Virus record (IMG/VR): IMGVR_UViG_3300037485_001282
Span: 64,001-128,000 of that record
From: a virus
Direction: 5' to 3' (one strand)
Length of the DNA stretch: 64,000 nt
Position numbers and translations under genes: made by a program. Numbering within the stretch: the first letter of the stretch is position 1; each line of letters opens with the position of its first letter. The notes under the pieces were generated by a model. The model saw nothing but the letters and a program-made list of their open reading frames with translations. It was not told the origin of the DNA and did no database searches. Below are positions 17,507-26,041 of this stretch, one piece after another.

Positions 17507-19642
17507 TTATATGACTATAATTTTATCTCCAATTTTTAGGTTATGTGATTCTTTGTTTACCATGTTACTATTGGCGTCAATAGTAATTAACGGATGATCA
17601 GATGTAACTGTAATTGTTTTTCCTGATTTCGTTTTTATCTTATATAATTTCTTTTTTGTCAGATGCTTTTCTATATATTTGACTTTGCCAGAAATTACAT
17701 TTGATATGGTCGAATCAAACATAGGTAAAAGTAAGTTATTAGGGAAAACGAATTCTCTTCCATCATAATTTTTCTTGAAATTGATTGGTTCTTCTGTTTT
17801 TAATTCGGAAAAAATATCTTCTATTGCTATGTTTCTATTTTTACCTAAGTCATTGATAACCATGGACTTAGCCACGGAATCGGTATCTGCGTATATACAA
17901 ACATCATTAACGTTAATTGCGTTGTGTCTTTTCGCTAATTCCGTATCTTTAAATTTAGTTAAAAAATAGTTCTGAACCGTATCATTTACTGTTTTCGTTA
18001 TAGATTGTCCAGTTAAAGTCACCGCCATAGCATTATCTAGGTCATAAAATCTTGAATAAGGTGTCGATAAAAACCCATAAACAGAGTTCAAAAGCAGTTT
18101 GTAGTTGATTTGACGAGCATCGTGGGCGCTATATTCTGCTTTATTATTGTTTCTTTCTGCTTCTAACATTAACTCTTTATAATATTTTCTTTTATCAAAC
18201 CATTCAGAAATAAACGAAGGAACAATACCTTTAACATCTTGGCGATAGATAGCCCCATTGCCAGCCAAGCAGAAATTCTTTGCTTTAATTAACTTTGCTA
18301 GTTCCCTTATAGAAGTTTCTATGCCACTAAAAGTTACTAAATAGTCATCTATATCTTTACCAGCGATTAACTTACGTAAATCTGGAACATATTGACCATC
18401 GACTCTTCCTATTTTAGTTTCTGGGCTAATGTTCCAACCCATCATAATAGAAGGATACAATGAAGTAGCATCGAAAGATACCGTCCATTCATGTAGTCCC
18501 TTTATAGGATCTTTAACGTAACCACCTGGAAACTTTTTAGGTTCTATGTCTCGTTTCACATCTGGAAGAACAATATTTTTCTTTGATAGTTCCGATAAGA
18601 AGGCACCATCAAGGACTCTAACAGTTTTCTGATAGAACTCGAAAGGAACTCGGCAACCATAGCAGAAACTGAAGAGAATATTTAGGAACTTCTTTTTTGC
18701 TTCTAGTTTCTTTAGGAGTCTAACGTCATGGACATTATACTCTACATATTTCTGCCAGTCGTTATTATAGAGATCAACTAGAGTTCCTGTGTATTCTAGT
18801 TTACGTTCCCCTAGTTCCTCTTCAGCAATAGAATCTAATTTCCAGCTTGGTCTAGCGGAAAAGGTATATGTTTTAAATACTTCTAACATATCAATACAAG
18901 AGATGCCAGCAATTGAATAAGTTTTCTTAATTTTTCCATTTTTCAAAGTAGTTTCTATTTCTTTAACTACTCCAATGGGACTTAAGTCACTTGCAGCGTC
19001 TTCGTGGAAGATTTTGTTAATTCTATTTACTATGTAGGGAATATCGAAAAAGTTACTATTCCAGCCACTAAGGAAATCTGGGTGACTGTTTCTAACAAAG
19101 GTCATGAATTGGTTTAGTAATTCATTTTCATTTGATATGATAGTTTTTTCGTATTTCTCGTTTGCTTCATCTAGGAAACTTGTATTAAAGTCTCTTTCAG
19201 CAAATATAAAGTATTTTTGCTGTTTAGTTGACCAAACAGTAATAATAGTTATTGGGAAGTTAGCATCTTCTGGTTTAGGGAATCCTTTTTCAGAATGCAC
19301 CTCAATATCCAATAACCATATATCGAAGTCAGGAATGGTTAGTTCCTGACCTAGATAGTGGCTAACTATAAACTTAGTTTCTAGTGGAATGTCTGATTCA
19401 AACAGTTCCATTCCACTTGCTTTAAGTCTTTCGATTTTCTTTTTATATGCGTAGATGGTATCTGTTTCTATTTTTCTTGCTGGATCACCGAAAATAGTTT
19501 TATATTCTGGATTCTTTAAGAGTTTATCTTTCAAGAAAAAGAATAGAGGAGCGGGAAGACGCTTATGAACTTTATGTCCATCTTCATATTCCCACAGATT
19601 TATTTCTGACTTTCGGTAATCAACAAAAATATTAGAATACAT
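17507..19642 (-). CDS. gp43: family B DNA polymerase N-terminal half (3'-5' exonuclease and palm) ending in the split-intein N fragment
   Basis: DIEV, GWNSNFFDIPY, YNVHD, SFDATSLYPS, KLLLNSVYG, then YADTD followed directly by intein sequence. Confidence 0.95.
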   Translation of the reverse strand: MYSNIFVDYRKSEINLWEYEDGHKVHKRLPAPLFFFLKDKLLKNPEYKTIFGDPARKIETDTIYAYKKKIERLKASGMELFESDIPLETKFIVSHYLGQELTIPDFDIWLLDIEVHSEKGFPKPEDANFPITIITVWSTKQQKYFIFAERDFNTSFLDEANEKYEKTIISNENELLNQFMTFVRNSHPDFLSGWNSNFFDIPYIVNRINKIFHEDAASDLSPIGVVKEIETTLKNGKIKKTYSIAGISCIDMLEVFKTYTFSARPSWKLDSIAEEELGERKLEYTGTLVDLYNNDWQKYVEYNVHDVRLLKKLEAKKKFLNILFSFCYGCRVPFEFYQKTVRVLDGAFLSELSKKNIVLPDVKRDIEPKKFPGGYVKDPIKGLHEWTVSFDATSLYPSIMMGWNISPETKIGRVDGQYVPDLRKLIAGKDIDDYLVTFSGIETSIRELAKLIKAKNFCLAGNGAIYRQDVKGIVPSFISEWFDKRKYYKELMLEAERNNNKAEYSAHDARQINYKLLLNSVYGFLSTPYSRFYDLDNAMAVTLTGQSITKTVNDTVQNYFLTKFKDTELAKRHNAINVNDVCIYADTDSVAKSMVINDLGKNRNIAIEDIFSELKTEEPINFKKNYDGREFVFPNNLLLPMFDSTISNVISGKVKYIEKHLTKKKLYKIKTKSGKTITVTSDHPLITIDANSNMVNKESHNLKIGDKIIVI
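17510..17878 (-). other. split intein N fragment (123 aa, Ser1, no Cys) of DNA polymerase
   Basis: Starts SVAKS right after YADTD; contains YIEKH and block B TVTSDHP; ends LKIGDKI. Confidence 0.88.
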
Positions 19643-19998
19643 CAGGCATCCTTATTTTCTACTATGTCGAAATTAGCTGCTGATGGATTAGCTTCCATCC
19701 ACTTAGCAAAATCTAATGGATCAACTCCAATTTGCAATAGAACATCTCTAGCAAATAAACGAGAGTCACCATATAAAGAAGCATTAAGATTCTTTAAGAA
19801 AGAATTGGCATGTTCAAAGTGAATATGCGTTCTCTTTTCGGTAACGTCATCTTGATAGAACTCGGTTCTATTAGTTGAGATCTTTCCATTATCCATGATT
19901 TCGATCTGGATACGGAATTGCACCTTGGGCTTGGGTGGCTTTTTTTCTTTAGGTTCTTTTGGCATTATGTGCCTCCTTGTGGGGAGCAATAATACCAT
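19642..19998 (-). CDS. hypothetical protein (likely start MPKEPK)
   Basis: TGATG overlap with the polymerase start; AGGAGG SD before the internal ATG. Confidence 0.65.
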   Translation of the reverse strand: MVLLLPTRRHIMPKEPKEKKPPKPKVQFRIQIEIMDNGKISTNRTEFYQDDVTEKRTHIHFEHANSFLKNLNASLYGDSRLFARDVLLQIGVDPLDFAKWMEANPSAANFDIVENKDA

Positions 19999-20032
19999 AA
20001 CTTTTTCATTTGTAAATAGGCAGTTTTTAAAT

Positions 20033-21121
20033 CTATTTTATTTTGAATGTTTTCTCGTATAATCCGTAGTTTTCTGGATTTTCCATCCAGCGTTTATTAA
20101 GTTCGGTTTTTCCTGCTTCGAGACTATTATTCTTAAAGTTCAAATCTTTTTCGAACTTTTTAAGAGCCTGATACCACTCATCTACTCTGTTTTCAACGGA
20201 AACTACTCCGTTAATTAAATCATACGGCCCAATGCCCTTTCCTATTGATGAACATAGACAAGGGAGACCCATTGCAGAAAATTCTAATAGTTTTAAATCA
20301 GACTTAGCGTAATTGAAAATATGGTCTTTAATGGGTATTATTCCAACATCAGCGTTTATTTCATCCATTTTTTGTGGATAGTCATAAAAATCTTCCCATT
20401 CATGGAACTCAACCTTACCTAAAAGTTCTGGTGGCATTGTTCCCATAAATACCCATTCAAATTCGTTAATAGTTTTATAAATTAAAGGCAAAAGAAACTC
20501 CATATCCCCGCCTTTTGCTATATGACTTGAGGATCCAGACCAAAATATACGCATTTTTTTACTTGTATTAAATTTATTTCGCTTTCCACAACCGTACCAA
20601 AGATGCTTTGGTAAAAAATTAGGAATAACTACTGAATTTTTTACATTATGCTTTTCTTCATAATAGTCTTTTAAAAACTGGGTACTAAAAGTAACTACAT
20701 CCGACATATTAAATAAATCTATTAAGTTATTTTTTCTGGTTTGAGTGTAGTATCTATAAGCCTCTATGTTACAAGGCTCTATCTCATGAACCAAGTCATC
20801 TAGATCAAAAGTTATTCTAGTTTTAAAGTTGTTTTTAGTGATTAGTTTCTTGTATTCGTAGATATAGGATTTTTGGCGATGAGTTGTTTGTCGCTGAAAT
20901 CTTAGCCAATCCATATTAGAAATATATGTTATATCAAAATTAAATCCGAATAAAAAGGGACTAACAAAGTTAGATTTAGAAATTAAATAAGAAAACGGAA
21001 TAAAGGTTCTATAAAAACCGCACCCAGCCGTATCGCTTGGGAAATTTAATACACAAGTATGTGGTGGTTTAGGTGATTTAAAAAGTTTTTGTAGATCTGT
21101 TTTAGCTTGGTCTGATGGCAT
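20033..21121 (-). CDS. GT-B fold glycosyltransferase
   Basis: GCGFYRT..P, FDLDD, VTFST, VIPNFLP, WSGSSSH and FNYAKSDLKLLE motifs. Confidence 0.8.
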   Translation of the reverse strand: MPSDQAKTDLQKLFKSPKPPHTCVLNFPSDTAGCGFYRTFIPFSYLISKSNFVSPFLFGFNFDITYISNMDWLRFQRQTTHRQKSYIYEYKKLITKNNFKTRITFDLDDLVHEIEPCNIEAYRYYTQTRKNNLIDLFNMSDVVTFSTQFLKDYYEEKHNVKNSVVIPNFLPKHLWYGCGKRNKFNTSKKMRIFWSGSSSHIAKGGDMEFLLPLIYKTINEFEWVFMGTMPPELLGKVEFHEWEDFYDYPQKMDEINADVGIIPIKDHIFNYAKSDLKLLEFSAMGLPCLCSSIGKGIGPYDLINGVVSVENRVDEWYQALKKFEKDLNFKNNSLEAGKTELNKRWMENPENYGLYEKTFKIK

Positions 21122-21178
21122 TTTGTTCCTTTAAAAGTTTTTGTAAAATGGGTATAATAATTATTAAGTGAGGAAAAT

Positions 21179-21649
21179 ATGAAAAAAGCAAAGTCTCCGA
21201 GAATTTTTAATTCGATTAGAAAAAGTCGATCTTCTTCAACCCCAGATAGATATTATATCGATAAAAATGAATATTTGAGGGAGTTACTTAAATTCAAGAA
21301 AACTGGGAAATCTTCTGAACGATTGGGTGAATTATTTAAACTACATGTAGATAAGATGGGAACATCTTTTGCTTTTAAGAACTATACCTACTTAGATGAG
21401 ATGAAATCAGATGCTTTAATCTTTCTTTTAAAATATGCTAATAGATTCGATCCCGAGTTTATATCTGACAAAGTTCAAGGAACTACTTGCTTTTCATATT
21501 GTTCTACTATAATATACAGAGCTTTCATTCAGACGATAAACCGAGAACAAAAATACGCCAATTTAAAAAATGATATTATTCAGAATCAAGATCATTTAAA
21601 TGGTAGTGCGCCAAAGGCAAGTATTTTTGATGAGATGACATTAGATTAA
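21179..21649 (+). CDS. gp55: late sigma factor gp55
   Basis: YYID, FKNYTYLDEMKSDA, RFDPE and FSYCSTIIYRAFIQTINRE motifs; precedes gp47/gp46. Confidence 0.9.
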   Translation: MKKAKSPRIFNSIRKSRSSSTPDRYYIDKNEYLRELLKFKKTGKSSERLGELFKLHVDKMGTSFAFKNYTYLDEMKSDALIFLLKYANRFDPEFISDKVQGTTCFSYCSTIIYRAFIQTINREQKYANLKNDIIQNQDHLNGSAPKASIFDEMTLD

Positions 21650-21660
21650 AGGATTTTATA

Positions 21661-22773
21661 ATGACATATAAGTTAGGAATCTTAAGTGACTTCCATTTAG
21701 GATATAAAAATAACAGTGAAAACTACCTAACTATTATGGAAAATTATTTTCTGAAGACGCTTCCCTCGATACTTAAAGAAAATAAAATAAGTGATGTTCG
21801 ATTATTGGGGGATATATTTGATAATAGAAACACGATTAATGTAAGAACATTAAATATTGCTTTAAATATATTTAGATGGTATCAAACTAATTTACCACAC
21901 GTTAAGTGGTCAATAGTTGTTGGAAATCACGATATTTACTATCATAATCGTTTAGATGTTAACTCTCTAGAGGTTTTTAGAGAGTTAAATAATATTAATA
22001 TAATTGATAAATTGACTATTGAAAAAATAGGAAATAAATCTATTGTTAGCGTTCCTTGGATTATAGATGGAGCAGAAGCGGATATTAAGTTTAAGGAGCT
22101 AACAAACGGTACTAATATCTATGATCTGTGTTTAGGGCATTTCGATATTCAAGGATGTGAAATGCAAAGAGGACACGTATCTGAACATGGAATCCCCAAA
22201 GGAACATTTAAGAGTTTCAAAAAATTATTTTCTGGACATTTTCATATTAGAAACACAGGTAAAGATGATAAGATTACCTTTTGTGGTTGTCCCTATCAAT
22301 TAACTTGGGGTGATTATGATAATACTAAAGGTTTCCATATTTACGATATAGATACTAATGAGACCACATTTATAGAAAATACAGATTCTCCTCAGTTTAT
22401 TAAAATTACGGTCGAAGACTTTATTAGTAAAAACGTAGAGAAGATAAAAAAAGTAACTGGAAATTTTGTTAAGTTAATTATAGAAAAGCAAATAAAAGAA
22501 AGTGATACTATAAAGTTAATTCAGAGAATAGAGTCACTAAAGCCACTAAAATTAGATATAGAAAATAATACTTTAATATCTCTTGCTGAATCAGAAGAAG
22601 CAACTAAACTTGTAGAAAAATATAAAGATACTAATTTAATGTCTGGGGATTCTAATCTTTTCATGACTGATTACGTCGAAAATATTTTAGAAGTTAACGA
22701 TAAGGACATTAAGAAAGAATATTTAATTTCAATTCTTAATGATTTCTACCAAAAAGTAATAAAGGAAAAATAA
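21661..22773 (+). CDS. gp47: recombination nuclease gp47 (Mre11/SbcD-like)
   Basis: SDFHLG, LGDIFDNR, VGNHD, GHF and SGHFH metallophosphoesterase motifs. Confidence 0.95.
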   Translation: MTYKLGILSDFHLGYKNNSENYLTIMENYFLKTLPSILKENKISDVRLLGDIFDNRNTINVRTLNIALNIFRWYQTNLPHVKWSIVVGNHDIYYHNRLDVNSLEVFRELNNINIIDKLTIEKIGNKSIVSVPWIIDGAEADIKFKELTNGTNIYDLCLGHFDIQGCEMQRGHVSEHGIPKGTFKSFKKLFSGHFHIRNTGKDDKITFCGCPYQLTWGDYDNTKGFHIYDIDTNETTFIENTDSPQFIKITVEDFISKNVEKIKKVTGNFVKLIIEKQIKESDTIKLIQRIESLKPLKLDIENNTLISLAESEEATKLVEKYKDTNLMSGDSNLFMTDYVENILEVNDKDIKKEYLISILNDFYQKVIKEK

Positions 22774-23013
22774 ATGGCTAATTTAGAATTTAAAGACATT
22801 ACCGTTAAGAACTTCATGAGTTTCGGTAATGTTGAGACTACTCTTGACTATAAGACTGGGCTTAATCTAGTTACTGGGAAAATAGAAGGCACTAATGCGG
22901 CAAATGGGGCAGGTAAATGTTTAAAAAAATCTACGGAAATTTTAGTAGATTTTGAAGATGATGCGACCAAAAAAGCATTTGAAAATTATATTCTAAGTTC
23001 CGAATATAAATAG
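22774..23013 (+). CDS. gp46: gp46 (Rad50/SbcC-like) N-terminal 48 aa plus 31-aa split-intein N fragment
   Basis: KNFMSFGN...NGAGK Walker A interrupted by CLKKSTEI (intein block A). Confidence 0.9.
   Translation: MANLEFKDITVKNFMSFGNVETTLDYKTGLNLVTGKIEGTNAANGAGKCLKKSTEILVDFEDDATKKAFENYILSSEYK
22918..23010 (+). other. atypically short split intein N fragment (31 aa, Cys1)
   Basis: Cys directly after GAGK; ORF stops 31 codons later. Confidence 0.82.
23005..23012 (+). promoter_or_regulatory. late promoter for the endonuclease within the gp46 locus
   Basis: TATAAATA overlapping the IntN stop codon, then AGGAG SD. Confidence 0.75.
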
Positions 23014-23031
23014 TGGTATAGGAGATTCCCG

Positions 23032-24045
23032 ATGCCATTATCGAAAAAACAACAAACGGTTAAAAAAGAAAATTCAAAACGAGGGCCAACTTTTAGTCCG
23101 TTTTCTAAAGAATTCTATATGCATTATAAAGGCATGACCTTGGAAGAGGCAACTAAAGAAGCCAAAACAAAAAGACCATGTAATGTTGAATATTGGATTA
23201 AAAAAGGATTCAGTGTTGATGCCTCAATATTAAAAGTAAAAGATCATCAGAAAAAAACATCTATTATAAGAGTTGAAAAAGTTAATAATGGTGAACTTAT
23301 ATATTTTGGGCCAAATCAGACAGAATATTGGAAAAATAGAGGGTTTACCGACGAAGAAGCAATATTAAAAGTTTCAGAAAGACAATCTACTTTTTCTAAG
23401 GTAAAATTAATAGAAAAATTGGGAGAAGAAAGGGGATTGGCGAGATGGAAAGAGAGACAGATTAAGTGGCAAAAAACACTGGGGGAGAAATCTAAAGAAG
23501 AAATATCTGAAATTAATAGAAAGAAATTAGTTACGCTGTCTAATATGCAAGAAAAATATGGTGAAGTGTTGGGTGAAGAAAAATATAATATCTGGAAAAA
23601 CAGTCATAACATGTTTTCCTCAAAAGAAGCAACTGAGTTTTTCAAAAAAATAACTGATTATATAGTTGATAATTTTCAAGTAAATAGAAAACAAATATAT
23701 TTTGAGGACAATGATAATAATGAAATGTTCCTAAAAGACAACGACGGAAAACATTTTTTATATGATTATTGCGTTCGAGATTTATTTTTAATAATAGAAT
23801 ACCATGGAATAAAATTTCACCCAAATAAAGATAAACTATCCGAAGAAGAGTGGGCCGAGTGGAAATGTCTTTTTTCAGAAAATACAGCAGAATATGTTTA
23901 TTCAAGAGATCAATATAAGAAAAAATTGGCTATGGACTGTGGATTTTCTTTTTTCGAAGTTTTCTCAGACGATCCAGACAAATTTAACAGAGTAATAGAA
24001 TTTATAAGGAAACATCATGAAGACAACAATAGGCACGATAAATGA
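23032..24045 (+). CDS. free-standing homing endonuclease (Vsr/EDxHD-like C-terminal domain)
   Basis: Repeats EYW.K.GF..EEA and KYGE..G; C-terminal YDY..IIEYHG..FHP...RDQYK; lies between the gp46 halves. Confidence 0.8.
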   Translation: MPLSKKQQTVKKENSKRGPTFSPFSKEFYMHYKGMTLEEATKEAKTKRPCNVEYWIKKGFSVDASILKVKDHQKKTSIIRVEKVNNGELIYFGPNQTEYWKNRGFTDEEAILKVSERQSTFSKVKLIEKLGEERGLARWKERQIKWQKTLGEKSKEEISEINRKKLVTLSNMQEKYGEVLGEEKYNIWKNSHNMFSSKEATEFFKKITDYIVDNFQVNRKQIYFEDNDNNEMFLKDNDGKHFLYDYCVRDLFLIIEYHGIKFHPNKDKLSEEEWAEWKCLFSENTAEYVYSRDQYKKKLAMDCGFSFFEVFSDDPDKFNRVIEFIRKHHEDNNRHDK

Positions 24046-24385
24046 TTTCTACGAAAAATTTCCAGAATATAAAGGGAAAATTTCAGTAAAAACCCCATAT
24101 GGATTTAAGAAAATCTTAGAAGCGAAGATTACTGATTACTCAGTTCCTATGGAATTAGTCACTGAATCAGGTAAGCAAATAGTAGGTTCTAAAAAGCATC
24201 TAGTAAAAAACGCAGATGACCAATGGGTTACTTTAAGCGACTATAAAATTGATGATTTAATTAAAACTGAAAGCGGAATTGAAAAAATTACGTCACTCAA
24301 GTCGCTCCAAGTTGCTGAGTATCTTTATGATATTCAAGTAGCTGAAGTTGAGCAATATTACTCAAATGGAATATTAAGTCACAAT
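24017..24385 (+). other. long split intein C fragment (123 aa) containing blocks B, F and G
   Basis: VKTPYG, GSKKH (block B), YDIQV, SHN followed by Ser. Confidence 0.85.
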
Positions 24386-26041
24386 AGTTGCTTATTATCC
24401 GATGCGACCTCGTTTGCTTTATATGGTAAAGTAATGCGAGGAGCTAAAGTTACTAAGGATCTTATAGTAAATAAGTTTAATAAAAAAGACTGCGTAGTTA
24501 AGTTAAATTTACTTATCGATGGGGAACCTTATAAAATTGTTCGTTCAATTAAACCAACGGAACTTAAAGTTTATTTTGGTGAATCGCAAGAAGAAATGAA
24601 ATTCGATTCAATGGCGCATACTCAAGAGTGGCTAGAAAAGAAACTTGGTATTTCTCATTTATGCTTTAATAATATAATCGTTCTTAACGTTGCTTCTTCA
24701 GTTCCTTTCTTAGATATGGACGCTGCTAAAAAGAGAGAAGTAATAGAAAATGTTCTTCAATTAAATTCTTATTCTAAAATGGCAAATATGGCTAAAGATT
24801 TTTACTTAGATCTAAAGACAAATATAAAAGTCTATGATACCGAATACAAATCATCTTTAAGAGACTTGGAAACTGCTAAAGGAACTCAGGAGAAACTATT
24901 AAAGGAACAAATGGAATTCGATAGTAGAAAAAAAGTTGCTACCGATAGAATTAAAAATCAAATCGAAGCTACTTCTAAGGAACTTGAAGAAACTAAGGTA
25001 AAGATAGTAAATAAAGATTACAATGAGAAAATAACGGAACTCCAAGGAACTAGAGATAAATTAATTTCGGAAATTAATAACTGCCAGAATAAAATAAACT
25101 TAAGTAAATCTGATTTAGATAATAGTAACGCTGCTATTAAGAGATTAGTCGAGAAACCATATTGTCCAACTTGTCATACTCCTACCGATAATCCACTTAT
25201 AGTTGACTTTTTAAATTCTCTAAAAGACAAAGTATCTAAAAATACTTCAATTATAGAAGAACAGAATAACCTAAAGGAAACTAATAGAACTAAAGTTACT
25301 AAGATAGAAGAAACTATAAGTAAAGCGAAGACAATAATTAACGATCAGATACGTTTAAAGCAGCGAGTAGGAATATTAACTTCTCAACTTGAATCTTTTA
25401 ATAAGGAACTCACAACAGAAAATTCTAGAGAGTTTTCAGTTAATGTTATATCAAACGATGATATTAAGTTATTAGAAGAAAAGGTTAAGCAGAAAGAGAA
25501 AATATTAGATACCGCTAATACTGATTTCAAGCACTATGAAGTTATTAGAAACATATTGGGAGAAGAGGGTCTTAGAAAATTCGTAGTTTCTAAAATTCTT
25601 CCATTATTTAATACCAAGTTAAATGAGTATTTAAAGATTCTTGGATCTGAATATACGGTTGCTTTTAATATGAACTTAGAAGAAAAGATAATGAACTGCA
25701 TTAAAGAAGAAAGACCATATTCTTCATTTTCTAGTGGAGAAAAGAAGCGAATAGATCTCAGTGTATTATTGTCACTAATGGATATTTCTAGATTGCAGAA
25801 CTCGGTAGATACTAATATTTTAGTTCTTGATGAAGTTCTAGATACTAGTATGTGTTCCGATGGTGTTGAAAATTTCTTAGAACATCTTAAAGAAGGATTT
25901 AAACAAGCTTATCCAGATAAGTGCGTTTATGTAATTTCTCATAGAAAAGAAATTTCGAACGATGTCTTTGATAGAAAAATTTCGTTAATTAAGAGAAAAG
26001 GATTTACTGAAATCGAATCAATTACTGAATTTTCTCGCTAG
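24017..26041 (+). CDS. gp46: gp46 C-terminal part preceded by a 123-aa split-intein C fragment
   Basis: IntC ends LYDIQV...SNGILSHN, then S-CLLSDA.FALYGK, CPTC zinc hook, FSSGEKKR signature, LVLDEVLD and ISH motifs. Confidence 0.93.
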   Translation: MKTTIGTINDFYEKFPEYKGKISVKTPYGFKKILEAKITDYSVPMELVTESGKQIVGSKKHLVKNADDQWVTLSDYKIDDLIKTESGIEKITSLKSLQVAEYLYDIQVAEVEQYYSNGILSHNSCLLSDATSFALYGKVMRGAKVTKDLIVNKFNKKDCVVKLNLLIDGEPYKIVRSIKPTELKVYFGESQEEMKFDSMAHTQEWLEKKLGISHLCFNNIIVLNVASSVPFLDMDAAKKREVIENVLQLNSYSKMANMAKDFYLDLKTNIKVYDTEYKSSLRDLETAKGTQEKLLKEQMEFDSRKKVATDRIKNQIEATSKELEETKVKIVNKDYNEKITELQGTRDKLISEINNCQNKINLSKSDLDNSNAAIKRLVEKPYCPTCHTPTDNPLIVDFLNSLKDKVSKNTSIIEEQNNLKETNRTKVTKIEETISKAKTIINDQIRLKQRVGILTSQLESFNKELTTENSREFSVNVISNDDIKLLEEKVKQKEKILDTANTDFKHYEVIRNILGEEGLRKFVVSKILPLFNTKLNEYLKILGSEYTVAFNMNLEEKIMNCIKEERPYSSFSSGEKKRIDLSVLLSLMDISRLQNSVDTNILVLDEVLDTSMCSDGVENFLEHLKEGFKQAYPDKCVYVISHRKEISNDVFDRKISLIKRKGFTEIESITEFSR

